Notes: generated by a model from the sequence alone, not told the origin. A stretch of DNA of 63,943 nt, filler included, from Octopus bimaculoides (GCF_001194135.2; 7 parts of 6 records of this genome joined end to end with filler, not necessarily neighbours in it), one strand, 5' to 3'. Numbered from the whole stretch's first letter, positions 24,659-37,942 are shown. A program made the numbers and translations.

Positions 24659-24795
24659 AGGCGGCGAGCTGGCAGAATCGTTAGCACGCTGGACGAAATG
24701 TTTAGCGGTATTTCGCCCGTCGCTACGTTCTGCGTTCAAATTCCGTCGAGGTCGACTTTGCCTTTCATCCTTTCGGGGTCGATAAATTAAGTAAC
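24659..24795 (+). mobile_element. SINE family 1, 3'-truncated
   Basis: aggcggcgagctggcagaatcgttagcacg...gttcaaattccgtcgaggtcgac...gataaattaagt. Confidence 0.85.
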
Positions 24796-25299
24796 AGGTA
24801 AAATAATTATTAATAATGGTTATTGTTGATAACAGTTAGGAATAGTAAATTTTGAAAAAAAAGAGCGATTACTTGCTTATTGTGTGGTTGATCAGCCATT
24901 TGGATCTGTGAACAGTAACCCAAGGCACTCAATTCATGTGTCGTCCTTTATGATATTTCGTCTGGCATTCGTAAGGCTATTATTTTATAAACAACTTCTA
25001 AACAACATTTTACAACATCATCTTTAGCTTTCATTTTGTTTTTTTTTAATAACTTCGTTTCTTTATTTCTCATTTCTCATACATTCTCTCAATCAAATAT
25101 TTGGAGTTTTGAATTTTTCCGAATTACCAACCAATGTTATTTTAACCTAGTTTCCACCTAAAGCAAGCCTTTGTATGCAATAACACATAATCGGAGAAAG
25201 ATAGCTCAAGGTAAGACAGAGAGCAATTTATCATATTCTTTTTAAAGCCGCTTCAAGTGCTGCAATTTTTTTTGCATTTTAATTATTGACAACTCTTTC

Positions 25300-25830
25300 T
25301 CATAGCTTCATGTAAAAGACGAAAGCTTGTTGAAGACAAGAAAATTCCACGAAAAATGTACAAATAATTTATTTTAGCGAAAAGTTGACAAATGTGTTAC
25401 TATACTTCAGATGCTTAATGTTCATTCGAGGAATTTTGTGGAGAAGCGTCATTATGTTACTAAACCTTGTGGGTGTGACAAATATAAAAGAGATATTAGG
25501 GAGCTTAAAAACTGAAACAATATTAAGCAAACCAGAATTCGGGGTACACTCTTTACTAAAAGTACAAAAGTTCAGATGAAAATCTGTACACAAGCTATGT
25601 TTTTAGTGAAAAATTGCTCAGCAATTTTATAATTACTCTGACTGAATATTTGAGAAGGAATTACTTCAGATTGTTATTGAAATTTTGTGCCTGGAAAAGA
25701 TAGAACTGTTTGAAAAAACAAAATAGTTTGTTTAGCAGAGTAATGATGTCGAGAGAGTTGAGGAAGTTACCGTTGATATAAAGGGTAAATTAGCAGATAA
25801 AATCTGGGAATTTAGTCCATTTTAACAAAC
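25300..25830 (+). mobile_element. hAT (SPIN/Buster, GTF2IRD2-like) transposase 5' fragment, heavily decayed
   Basis: Frameshifted peptides KRRKLVED, NFVEKRHYVTK, YSD*IFEKELLQIVIEILCLEKIELFEK and RVEEVTVDIKGKLADKI match the order of N-terminal motifs I recall for this family. Confidence 0.6.
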
Positions 25831-25867
25831 TATCAACAAATTTTGTTAATTTTAACAAGCAATGTAT

Positions 25868-25955
25868 AGGTGCAGGAGTGGCTGTGTGGTAAGTAGCTTG
25901 CTTACTAACCAGATGGTTCCGGGTTCAGTCCCACTGTGTGGCACCTTGGGCTAGT
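25868..25955 (+). mobile_element. SINE family 2 head
   Basis: caggagtggctgtgtggtaag (A-box-like) and gggttcagtcccactg (B-box-like), then gcaccttggg. Confidence 0.75.
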
Positions 25956-26253
25956 GGTGTTCATAAGGCCGCTAATGGTACCGAAGAGAAACTTTGCATT
26001 CAAACTATACAAGATATTGTTACAGGAGACAGTAATTACAGAGCAGTAAAGAAAGCGATAATAATGTTCTTGAAAGTTTCGTGAACCTATCATGAAATTG
26101 GCCGCCTTCAATGATTGGGCCTGCGCTTGGCCTTCAGATCGGTTTTCTTTCAAGGTTAACATAAGAATTATCTTACGCACAAAGAATTTTCTACATTTCA
26201 TTTACGAAGGAAGCGCATTTGTCAAATCGTTTAAAGTTGTCATTAATAAAAAA

Positions 26254-26450
26254 TAAATGCACCCTTTTAAAGCCTAGCCAGGCTCATGGGCCCGGTTTCC
26301 CGGTTGGTTTCAATGGCGTATGTGTTCCCCAGCTGGACGAAACGCCAGTCCATCGCAGTGTTACTCATTTTTGCCAGCTGAGTGGACTGGAGCTACGTGA
26401 AATGAAGTGTCTTGCTCAAGAACACAACGCGTCGCCCGGTCCAGGAATCG
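26254..26450 (-). mobile_element. tRNA-derived SINE, family 3 (body and B box)
   Basis: Reverse complement reads ttcgattcctggaccgggcgacgcgttgtgttcttgagcaagacacttcatttcacg. A degenerate plus-strand head of the same family lies at 61203-61320. Confidence 0.7.
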
Positions 26451-26475
26451 AAAAGTTGTCATTGCTATGCATATA

Positions 26476-27036
26476 TTCTTTTATTCTTTTACTCTTTTAC
26501 TTATTTCAGTCATTTGACCGCGGCCGTGCTGGAGCACCACCTTTAGTCGAACAAATCGATCCCAGGACTTATTCTTTGTAAGCCTACCACTTATTCTATC
26601 GGCCCATTTTTGCCGAACCGCCTTTAGTCGAACAAATCGACTCCAGGACTTATTCTTTGTAAGCCTAGTACTTATTCTATCGTTTCTTTTGCCGAACCGC
26701 TAGTTTATGGGTATGTAAACACATCAGCATNNNNNNNNNNNNNNNNNNNNNNNNNNNNNNNNNNNNNNNNNNNNNNNNNNNNNNNNNNNNNNNNNNNNNN
26801 NNNNNNNNNNNNNNNNNNNNNNNNNNNNNNNNNNNNNNNNNNNNNNNNNNNNNNNNNNNNNNNNNNNNNNNNNNNNNNNNNNNNNNNNNNNNNNNNNNNN
26901 NNNNNNATATATACGACGGGCTTCTTTCAGTTTCCGTCTACCAGATCCACTCACAAGGCTTTGGCTGGCCCGAGGCTATCGTAGAAGACACTTGCCCAAG
27001 GTGCCACACAATGGGATTGAATCCGGAGCCATGTGG
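26476..27036 (-). mobile_element. tRNA-derived SINE, family 2, with internal gap and 80-bp tandem duplication
   Basis: (TTTTACTC)n tail, cagtcatttgac..cggcc..gctggagcacc, and gacgggcttctttcagtttccgtctacc...gacacttgcccaaggtgcc. Shared with copies at 20630, 49110 and 25868. Confidence 0.85.
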
Positions 27037-27488
27037 GCATAGGTCTCATTAAATCTAGAACGCTTAGTTATTCCATTATTTATCAATGATAACATAACCT
27101 AATGAGCCTTCGTTTTTAAGATGGCCGGGTGTTATTTGAAGTTTAGCTAGCTTATAGAGGCCCCCCCCCCTCATTGGTTCATACATACAAGAGTGGAGCA
27201 TAATTTGGCTAGTACTCCTACGAAGATTAGCTACAATGTAAACGATCCTTCATTGATAAATATTTATGCATGTATAAGATACTATGGTCTGAGTTGAGGG
27301 AGACTGGTTCAAACTTAAGATCAGCCGCATTCATCTCACTCATCATTAGATACCACTTCCTCCAAAAGATCATGAGTACCGTCTCTCTCTCTCTCTCTTT
27401 CTCGTTATTTCTCTCCTTTTGTATTTTCTACTTTTACTTTCTCTTTCACGTTTTCCCACCCCTTTCCCCCTTCTTTGTTACACCTCAT

Positions 27489-27557
<69 letters not shown>

Positions 27558-28643
27558 CTTGCTGCTCCCTTCTCCGCTGTTTCTTTCGTTACCCATAAAC
27601 CGCAGGCAGAGTAGATGCATTTAAATATATAGAGCATCATCAACTGGAAGCATTGAAAATGGTGGCAACAAATTTTGGAATTGTTATTAACGAAAGAAAA
27701 CAAACTCGTGTCACACCCAGTTTCCCTCCTAACAAACATAAAACGAAACAAAAAAACAAACAAAAGCAAACAAGCAAATAAATATAACCAGGAGAACAAA
27801 TTACGTAGTACTGTAGTGTTAGTGAGAAAGGAAGGGAGCACTGGGGGCAAGTGAGTGAAGGGGTCAGCGTTAGCGGAATATCAAAATGGTTGCTAATAAA
27901 TAAGACATATGTTATTAACCAAGATGTTATTTTTCTTTTTGTTCATCATCCTCNNNNNNNNNNNNNNNNNNNNNNNNNNNNNNNNNNNNNNNNNNNNNNN
28001 NNNNNNNNNNNNNNNNNNNNNNNNNNNNNNNNNNNNNNNNNNNNNNNNNNNNNNNNNNNNNNNNNNNNNNNNNNNNNNNNNNNNNNNNNNNNNNNNNNNN
28101 NNNNNNNNNNNNNNNNNNNNNNNNNNNNNNNNNNNNNNNNNNNNNNNNNNNNNNNNNNNNNNNNNNNNNNNNNNNNNNNNNNNNNNNNNNNNNNNNNNNN
28201 NNNNNNNNNNNNNNNNNNNNNNNNNNNNNNNNNNNNNNNNNNNNNNNNNNNNNNNNNNNNNNNNNNNNNNNNNNNNNNNNNNNNNNNNNNNNNNNNNNNN
28301 NNNNNNNNNNNNNNNNNNNNNNNNNNNNNNNNNNNNNNNNNNNNNNNNNNNNNNNNNNNNNNNNNNNNNNNNNNNNNNNNNNNNNNNNNNNNNNNNNNNN
28401 NNNNNNNNNNNNNNNNNNNNNNNNNNNNNNNNNNNNNNNNNNNNNNNNNNNNNNNNNNNNNNNNNNNNNNNNNNNNNNNNNNNNNNNNNNNNNNNNNNNN
28501 NNNNNNNNNNNNNNNNNNNNNNNNNNNNNNNNNNNNNNNNNNNNNNNNNNNNNNNNNNNNNNNNNNNNNNNNNNNNNNNNNNNNNNNNNNNNNNNNNNNN
28601 NNNNNNNNNNNNNNNNNNNNNNNNNNNNNNNNNNNNNNNNNNN

Positions 28644-28712
<69 letters not shown>

Positions 28713-28715
<3 letters not shown>

Positions 28716-28908
28716 TTTCAAACTTTGGCAGAAGGCCAGCGTTTTTTTTGGGAGGTGTTAAGTAGTTTAACTGGTACTTAATTTATCGACCCCGAAAAGA
28801 TGAAAGGCAAAGTCGATGTCGGCGGAATTTGAACTCAGAACGTAATGACGGACGAAATGCCGCTAAGCATTCTGCCTGGCGTGCTAACGTTTCTGCCAGC
28901 TCGCCGCT
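28713..28908 (-). mobile_element. SINE family 1 flanked on both sides by (AAT)n
   Basis: Reverse complement runs from gcggcgagctggcagaaacg to ccttctgccaaagtttgaaatcatt(att)n. Confidence 0.85.
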
Positions 28909-28957
<49 letters not shown>

Positions 28958-29047
28958 TAGCAACGATAATGTTTATTGCAGTTGATGATGATGATGACGA
29001 CGACGACGATGATGATGATGATGGTGAGGACAATGATGGTGATGATG

Positions 29048-29079
<32 letters not shown>

Positions 29080-29907
29080 GATGATGGCTATGATGATGAT
29101 AGTGATGACGACGACGACGATGGCGACGATGACGACGACGACGACGATGATGATGATTGTGATGATGATGAACAATGCTAATAATAATAAAGTTACCACA
29201 AGCGTGATGATGAATATGAATTTTTCCGACTCCGTTCTCGCATTATACACAGATGATGTGAGTGAAGCGGAGAAAATGATTAAAAAACGCGAACCGAGAT
29301 AGATTGCATTGGAGAAGTGAGAAAGAGAGAGAGAGAGAGGTAGAGACAGAAAGAGAGAGGGAGAGAACGGAGAGAGATAGAGAGAGAGAGAGAGAGTAGG
29401 AGAGAGCGAAAGGAAAGGAAGATGGACGAAGAGGATAAAACGGGGTGGGGAGAGGAGATAATGAATTTTGATTGTTTCAATGAATGATTGAAAAGAAGAT
29501 CTGCTGCTGAAAAACTGAAGCCAAGATTAACTTGAAAGATGCTATAATAAGATGGAAGAGAACAAGACGGAAGGAAACGGAGAGAGAAATTGCCAAATGA
29601 GGCGAACGAAATGTTATTTGGGGCCAGGTTGTGCCGTATCAATTGATGAAGTCGAGTGATATATAGATGCTATTGTGCTGCAACCTGTCTGACGAACCGG
29701 AAAACAAAACAGGGGAGACAATTTGGTGAATTGATAACCAATTATAAGCCAGTGTGTTTTCACAAGACACTTGATTATGCACGGCAGAAATTCATTTGAG
29801 AAAAACACTGACTGTAATTTCCCTTTGGTCGTCGCCATCGAGAAAAAAGGAACAATTGTTAGCCGCGCCATCGTTTTGCGCTGGTGCGAACGCGTATGTG
29901 TTTGCAT

Positions 29908-29947
<40 letters not shown>

Positions 29948-30073
29948 GAGTGCTGATCGAAATGTAGAGATAACAATACGGAAATATGTATGTGTGTATG
30001 TTATATATAGATATGGATATGTATATATCTAATATACTCTAGTATATATGTGTATATATAAATATACATACAA

Positions 30074-30122
<49 letters not shown>

Positions 30123-30575
30123 NNNNNNNNNNNNNNNNNNNNNNNNNNNNNNNNNNNNNNNNNNNNNNNNNNNNNNNNNNNNNNNNNNNNNNNNNNNNNN
30201 NNNNNNNNNNNNNNNNNNNNNNNNNNNNNNNNNNNNNNNNNNNNNNNNNNNNNNNNNNNNNNNNNNNNNNNNNNNNNNNNNNNNNNNNNNNNNNNNNNNN
30301 NNNNNNNNNNNNNNNNNNNNNNNNNNNNNNNNNNNNNNNNNNNNNNNNNNNNNNNNNNNNNNNNNNNNNNNNNNNNNNNNNNNNNNNNNNNNNNNNNNNN
30401 NNNNNNNNNNNNNNNNNNNNNNNNNNNNNNNNNNNNNNNNNNNNNNNNNNNNNNNNNNNNNNNNNNNNNNNNNNNNNNNNNNNNNNNNNNNNNNNNNNNN
30501 NNNNNNNNNNNNNNNNNNNNNNNNNNNNNNNNNNNNNNNNNNNNNNNNNNNNNNNNNNNNNNNNNNNNNNNNNNN

Positions 30576-30614
<39 letters not shown>

Positions 30615-31150
30615 GTATCTATTCAGGCGTTCGAGGGGGTGCTGGTTGTGCGTGCGTATGTGTGTATGTATGTGTGTGTATGTGTGTATGTATGTGCATC
30701 TGTGTATGTGTGTGTGTGTGTGTGTGTGAGAGTGCGTGCATTCATTCATAATCTTGTTCTTTTTATTCACACCGGATTATCAATATGACGTGTTGAAATC
30801 TTATTGTTGTTGCAACTGTCACTGTTGGAGCCGTTGTTGTTGTTATTGTTGCTATCGTGTTTGTTGTTGTTGTTGCTGTAGCTGCTGCTGCTGCTGTTGT
30901 TGCTGTTGTTGCTGTTGTTGCTGTTGTTGTTGTCGTGGTCTCTCTATTAATTTTGTACAGTTAACGATCTAATCAACCGTGAAAAATAAACGAAAAAAAA
31001 ATATGGCGCATTTTCCCTTTAAATCTAAGAAACGAACACCACCACAAATCNNNNNNNNNNNNNNNNNNNNNNNNNNNNNNNNNNNNNNNNNNNNTTAATT
31101 AATTAANNNNNNNNNNNNNNNNNNNNNNNNNNNNNNNNNNNNNNNNNNNN

Positions 31151-31960
31151 CCCACCAAAAATAATGCTGTGTGGGCAAAATCCTTTGGTTGAGAGGTAAT
31201 GCCCTGCTTCCTGTGCATGCATGAAAACTTTTGTGCCAGAAGGCCACACTAGTTCCCAGCAGTCATGCCTAAAATATGGATGGGTAGTGCACATTTGTCA
31301 GATTTTCCTTCTCAAGCAAGGTGACTGAACACATTGAGCAGGGACCATAAATCCAAATCTCATCACCAGTGATAATGGTCTTCATTAAGTCTGGGTTGTG
31401 GTTTGCACAGTTCAGCATGTCCTGAGTGATTTCCATGCAGAGTTGCTTCTGTTGCCCTGCCAGCACCTTGGGGGTGAATTTTGCCAACACAAGCACAAAT
31501 CCTCTGTTAAAATGGAGTGCATTAATCCTGTGCTTATTCTCCATTTGTGAGCAATTTCCTGATTTGTTACATGATGGTCTTCCATGACTATTCACTGAAT
31601 CTTTTCAATCAGCTCCTTCTTTCAGCTTCGGTGTTGTACAACTCCTTCATCTGTCTTTTGCCCAAGGCCAAAGGCCTGCTGAATCTTCTGGATGGTTTGA
31701 GCCTGAGTTTTACCAAACTTTTAGCAAAACTTGATGCAATATCTCTGCTTGATACATTTGGTGATAACAAAAATTCAATGAGTGCAGATTGCATGTCTAT
31801 ACTCCAAGCATAACAGCCAGGACGTGACAGTCTACTGGCATGAAAATTTTCATGCATGCATAGGAATGGTGGTGTCACCTCCCCAACAAAGAATTTTGCC
31901 CACACACTAGTTTTGGCAGGAAAAAATGAAGTTGGATACTTTTTTAATGCATCTCAAATG
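31151..31960 (-). mobile_element. Mariner (DD34D-type) deletion derivative with long inverted ends
   Basis: Peptides IKQRYCIKFC*KFGKTQAQTIQKIQQAFG and AKFTPKVL...PDLMKTIITGDEIWIYG. A TIR-like aaaaaagtatccaac lies near 31930-31950. Regions 31151-31305 and 31770-31920 are inverted copies. Confidence 0.8.
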
Positions 31961-32819
31961 TAACTCCTACTATATGTGTTGAGTGCCTCTTTCATTTGTC
32001 CATTCACCTGTAAATGTAAATAATTACAGGTTCACACTGATGTAAACTGCAATTAAACAAGAAATGTACTCAATGCTGTTAGAGTGGAATATTATTATTT
32101 AATTAAAGTTGTGTCTGTGTGAAGAATCACTTGGATTTTCCACTTTGAGACCTAACACTCTGAGTAATGCCTTCCATGGATGAGGCTTTGAATAATTAAA
32201 TGATATCTCCCCACCTCTCTCTCTGTATGTGTGCGCACTTGTGTGCATGTGTTTATCATTCACTCAGAAATATAGAAATGTCCTCTACTGTTAATGTCCA
32301 ACTGAAGCTGATGTCCACTTTGCAGTTTGGCTTGCTGCTTGAGAATCAAGAAATATATTTTATAGTAGACAAAACATTAGGGTCAATATAAACAAAGCCA
32401 TGCTCCAGCATGGCCATGAAGTCCAATGACTGAAACCATTGAAAGAAAATTAAAAGAATCTGCTATGAATTCTTCACCCTGTGCCAAAGGGAAAAAAAAT
32501 CAATATTTTTGAATTGGTGAAAATAGAAAGGACTGAGATTATTGCTTAATGGTATTAGGCAACAGATTCCATGTCTTGGAGCCATAATATTCTAGTAATT
32601 TCTTTCCTCAAATATAATTTTTAACAGGTAGGTAGGTAGATAGGTAGATATTTGCCATAAATAGCAAAACAGTTTCTGAGAGAAGAAAGAAAGAAAAACA
32701 GAAAGAAAAAAGGAGTCAAAATATTGAAACTAGTTTCATTTTATGTTATTTATTTTCTCTTTTTTTTTTCCATCCCCTCTGATAAAAGAAACAAGAAAAT
32801 CAATACAACAGCACAAGTG

Positions 32820-32887
32820 GATGATGTAAGCTACAAATGATGTAAGCTACAGATGACGTGAGCTACAGATGATGTGAGCTACAGATG
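32820..32887. repeat. 16-bp tandem repeat (GATGATGTRAGCTACA)x4
   Basis: Visible directly. One unit reads GATGACGTGAGCTACA. Confidence 0.9.
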
Positions 32888-33149
32888 TTCTAATGTTTTA
32901 AGAGAATAGGATACAGAGTAGATGGAATAGAAAAAGAAAGAACATGAAGCTAGACAAAAACCATGAAAATCCAGTTAAGTACACACATACACACACATCA
33001 AGGTAGTAACTAGTGAAGAAATGTCTTTTCAACAAACTTATTATTAATGAATGAAGTCTGGTATAAAATTGTTGAGGTATCAACTTTTCTTTCTTTCTTT
33101 TCTTTCTAGTATTCGGTGATTGAAACATTGTGCATTGTGTGTGTATGGC

Positions 33150-33188
<39 letters not shown>

Positions 33189-33480
33189 GCAAGTGAATAA
33201 GAAGAACAGGCAATGCTCAGCAGAGCATTTCATAGCTTAATCACAAAATTCACAAGCACCACTAAAATCCTCTCTTTTCTTTTACTCTTTTTCATTACAC
33301 ACACACACACACACACACACGAACACACACGTATATATACATATATACTCAGATATACATATAGTTATATATACATACACACAAATTTGTGCATTATGAG
33401 TGTGTGTGTAATAATTTCTGTCTTTCTTAGAGAGAGAGACAGACAGACAGACAGATAGTGAGAGACAGAGAGACAGAGAG

Positions 33481-33527
<47 letters not shown>

Positions 33528-34619
33528 AAACAGACACAGTGAGGTGAAGAACATATTTGGTTGTAGTTAAATGAAATGGCTGATTTAATCTCATCCAAAC
33601 TAATAAAAACAGATGATGATGTTTCTCTAGTAATAAGCATCACCACTGTTTGAACTTGGTGGTGAGATGTGAGGATGGGGTTTGGATAAGGAATGGGACT
33701 GGTTATTAGAATAATAATGGTGTAGGTTGTACTCCTAACGTTTATAAGAATATATGAACTGTGATAGCATGTGGGTTTTCATTTTGTACAACCATATAAG
33801 CTACTGAACTATGTATGCAAACATCAAGTTAATGAAGCTGCTTCTAGTACTTGACATGTTAGAAAAAAGCATCGACGTCCTAGATATACTATGCCTGGAC
33901 AAAAAGATGGGATGGTCATAACTGGGATGGCCTTGACTATGGGTTTGCAGGATCAGTTTAACAACTATACAGAAAAGGAGGCCACTAAATGGTTGCTTGA
34001 TCTACCAAGTCTGTCAAAATATAGCCTTCAGTCATAAAATAAAAATGTAGTTCTACATAAACTATACTCAAACCAAAAAAGATAGAATGAAGCTTGTAAT
34101 CATAGTTTTGCTTGATCAGGATTGTAACAAGTAAAATCTTATATATTCAAAGGAGATATCATTATTTGTGGTAAATTGTAGGTGGAGACACCAGTTGAAC
34201 AGTCACTTTATAAGCAATCTGCTTTTTCTAGCAATGGCCTCATGGAGATATTATTTATCATAAATCAGACCACACCACAAAAAGAATAATTCAACCCAGT
34301 AATCCTGAATTCTCAACTGACAAATAATAGCCCTTTACCCACAAATATGTGAAACTTTTTGCCCCATCTCATTCTTTATAAATGAGAAAACAAAAAAATT
34401 TGCATCCACATTACTCTTTTTTTTTCCTCTGCCAAGATGTTGAACTTGTTCAAAAAATTTTAAACCATCTTAATGTTATGAAGCATAGCAATTTGTTGCT
34501 CCCAATCTTACTTGTCAATTCAACCTTCACAGTCTCACTCCTATGAGAAATGCTAATTTAAACAACATCACATTTCCAATGGCTGATAATTTGGGAAAAT
34601 CAATCAGCACCATCATTAC

Positions 34620-34705
<86 letters not shown>

Positions 34706-36673
34706 TGAAATTGATCAAATTAACAATCAGATATAAGGATTATGTTACAAAAATTTTAGTTAAAAGTTTTTCAGTTCATATAACCAATACACTACCCATA
34801 ACACACAAAACATTATAAACATGTCTTGTGAGGCAAGTTGTCCATGCCTGGTATAGATGTATTTAAATGGCATATCTATACTATGAGAAATATTCATGTA
34901 ATCTAAATAGAGTAAAAGTGCCTAAGACATATATCAATATGTCTATAAATATATACCAAGTTGTGCTTTATAGCTCCATACCAACCCTGATCAGATAGAA
35001 ATATGATCAAAGGCATTCCACCCATGACTGTCCCTCTTTGTATTTCTTTTTTCAGACAAAGTATCTATGTCTAAATTATTCAATGTGTCTTTTCATCTCT
35101 TAAATAGTGTGAGCTAATTTGAAGAAAGATTTGACTGCTGTCTTTTGCAGGTCAAGCAACTCATGGAAACTACTTTATTGGCTTGATATACTAACCAAAT
35201 TGACAGTGGTCTAAGAATAATGGCTGAAGGATTAAGAATTATATTTCTGATGGCCAATTCTTGACCACTGTGGCCAAGAAGTTTAAACTTTCAACAGCCA
35301 AGTCACTGTTGACCACTTCAAGTAGAAACAGTGTGAGCCGATGAGGAATCCTCAACAAGGCTGTTTGACCTGCAAGAAATAGTAACCCTTTAATCACACA
35401 CACTATCATCTTAAAAACAGAATAATAAAAAAGGAATACATTGGCTAATGATTTTTTTGGTATCGTTTAGTCAAAGAGGGAAGGACAGCACTCATAACTC
35501 CTTATTTTTTTCAGGGTTTGTAGGAAGAGAAGAGAAAGTTATTCTCAAACTGGAAACCTAGCCAGAAGCTTGTGACAGAGTGAACTCTGCTAAAGGCACT
35601 AAAGGACAGGCAATGGTGTTAAGCTGGTGTTAAGTTCATTTGGAGCTGCATGTTGAGTGCATTTATGCCGAAAGTTATAAACTGCTGTTTGACAAATAGA
35701 GATGAATGAAATAAGTATCAGACTCAAATAAATGCTGAGGGCTGACATGTTTAACTCAAATCCCTTGAAGGTGGTGCTCCAGCATGGCTAGAGTTCAATG
35801 ACTGAAGCCCATGAAAGAGTAAAAGAATATATAGATTAAATTTCCAATATTTAGCTATTTATCAGATAATGTACTGGATATTCTAGTGTAACTTAAGAGA
35901 TGGAATGAACTCTCAAGTGCTAAGCATACTCTTTTGAACTAACAACTCTTGTTGAAATGATGGGAGAAAAAATATCTCAAAATACAAAATAATAACAATA
36001 ATAAAACAGGCATTATCATATACTTTAAAAAAGTAGGAAGATCTAATATGAAACATTTGCACACAGTAAGGTTTGTCCCTCATGTATTATAAATCTGTTG
36101 TCATTTACAGTAGCATGTGCACACACACTGACATACATGCATAAGTATACATATATTTTACATAATGCAACATACATTTATAAATGTTTTTTTTATTAAG
36201 AGGGGAAAATGCTGGCAGAAGAGAATGTAAAAATCATATCATAAAAGGGAGACAATTCAAGCAAGTTTCTCTCAAACTTAATAATGTTAACAGTTCCAAA
36301 TATAATAAAAAATAAATGCATAATGCAACTGGTGTATACATATATATACATTCCTTTTAATTATCACTAAGAAGGTAAAATGCTGGCAAAATAAAATATG
36401 AACTGAGCATAAAAGAAGATAAGTCAATCAAGTTTTCTCTCAAATGAATTTTTCAATGAAATAGCATAATTCTAAATATGTAAAAAAAAAATTCAAATAA
36501 TAAATATTGCATTTGTTCTTTCATTTGTTTTGTGTTTTTTACAACATGGCTATTACCTCAAAATTATTCAAAGAAGGTATAAATAAAACAATCAAAACCT
36601 AGAGAAAAGTTAGGAAAAGTCAAAATATAACATATTCAAGAGGAAAAAATTCTCCCAAAGCATCTGAAATGGA

Positions 36674-36713
<40 letters not shown>

Positions 36714-37536
36714 GGTTAGGCATTTTTCAATGGCATGAGTACTTGAGTGTATTAGATCAATATGTCTTGCTTGAACTGCTTAAAATGTATTTGTTTTTAT
36801 TTTGACACAAGGTTTCAATATGGAAGAGAATAATTATTTTACCAGAGAAAGAAGGTGTCAATGACCATGGCCAGAAACCCTGAGACTGGTGAGAGGAAGT
36901 AGATTTCTTTAGTCCTTGCTTGAATACAAGCAACAGAGAGAACTCTGTTGCAGTCATGCAAGAGCCACGTGGTGATGCTAAACTGGGTGATGAATTAAGT
37001 TTGTTGTAATCCATTATAATACTGAGTTTGATGACAATAATGACGATGATGGTGATGATGACGATGATGATGATGATGATGATGATGATGATCATGACTC
37101 AAATAAGTAAAAATAAGCAAAGAGCTTAATAGCTCTGCATTATCATAAACAATAGATGTGTAAATGTCTGAGCATACACATGCATATATATACCTATACA
37201 TGTGTATTTATCTATACATGCACACAAGTGTATGTGCACACGCATGTATATGTATATAGGCGCACACACACACACACACACAAACATGTATGAACAATAC
37301 AAATATGCATATGCACATACATCTATATATACACACTCTTTCTCATATGTATATGAAATACATAAAGCATAATCATCCATTAGAAGACAAGAAGCAAACT
37401 GAAAAACAAAAAAAAATCAAGAAAATTACCTCCCCCCAACAAAAAAAAAACAACCAAGGAATCATGCAATTTGCTTGTTATTTTGGGGTTAATGCAGACA
37501 AAAAAATACGGAGTTAACAGTTCAACATGCATCTAC

Positions 37537-37850
37537 CTTTTGGGTCCAGCAAGACCGACTTGTGAGCCATTAGAAGACAGTGACCAGCCATCTTGGTCAG
37601 AAGTATTTAGGCTTAACAGGTGGGAATTGGTAGGAACAGGAGTGCTCCATATAGTTGAGTGCAGGTGAGGTGTGAGTGGATCGGTCAAGCAGGAATCGCT
37701 GGAATGTATTGGAGAGGTTAGATCTTCGGACATGCTTTGGTTTCTGCCAATCAGACTGCTACCTTCGCTGCAAGTACTTTCACTGTAAGGTTGACATGTA
37801 CACGACAACATCAGTAGAACATGCAAAATATACAATATCAATAGACACAT
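37537..37850 (-). CDS. Probable coding exon, Ser/Thr/Pro-rich. Either a first exon with signal peptide (MCLLILYILHVLLMLSCTCQP...) or an internal phase 2-2 exon 37782-37537
   Basis: GC-rich island in very AT-rich surroundings, one frame open for 105 codons, donor AAAG|GTAGAT at 37536. A possible acceptor ccttacag lies at 37783. No recognisable domain. Confidence 0.45.
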
Positions 37851-37891
37851 TTAGTAATAATAATAATGATAATAATACAAACCTTTTTGTT

Positions 37892-37942
<51 letters not shown>

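Noticed and set aside
29683-29716. Second hammerhead-like string (cctgt CTGACGA accg GAAA ... acagg)
   Set aside because: No helix II and no UH cleavage triplet, so a chance match.
32254-32340. Possible minus-strand exon (QQAKLQSGHQLQLDINSRGHFYIS or SKPNCKVDISFSWTL)
   Set aside because: Weak donor and two equally plausible frames; not supportable.
36842-36985. Possible minus-strand exon LASPRGSCMTATEF...PSFS (phase 2 to 1)
   Set aside because: Poor acceptor, no motif, and two frames are open.
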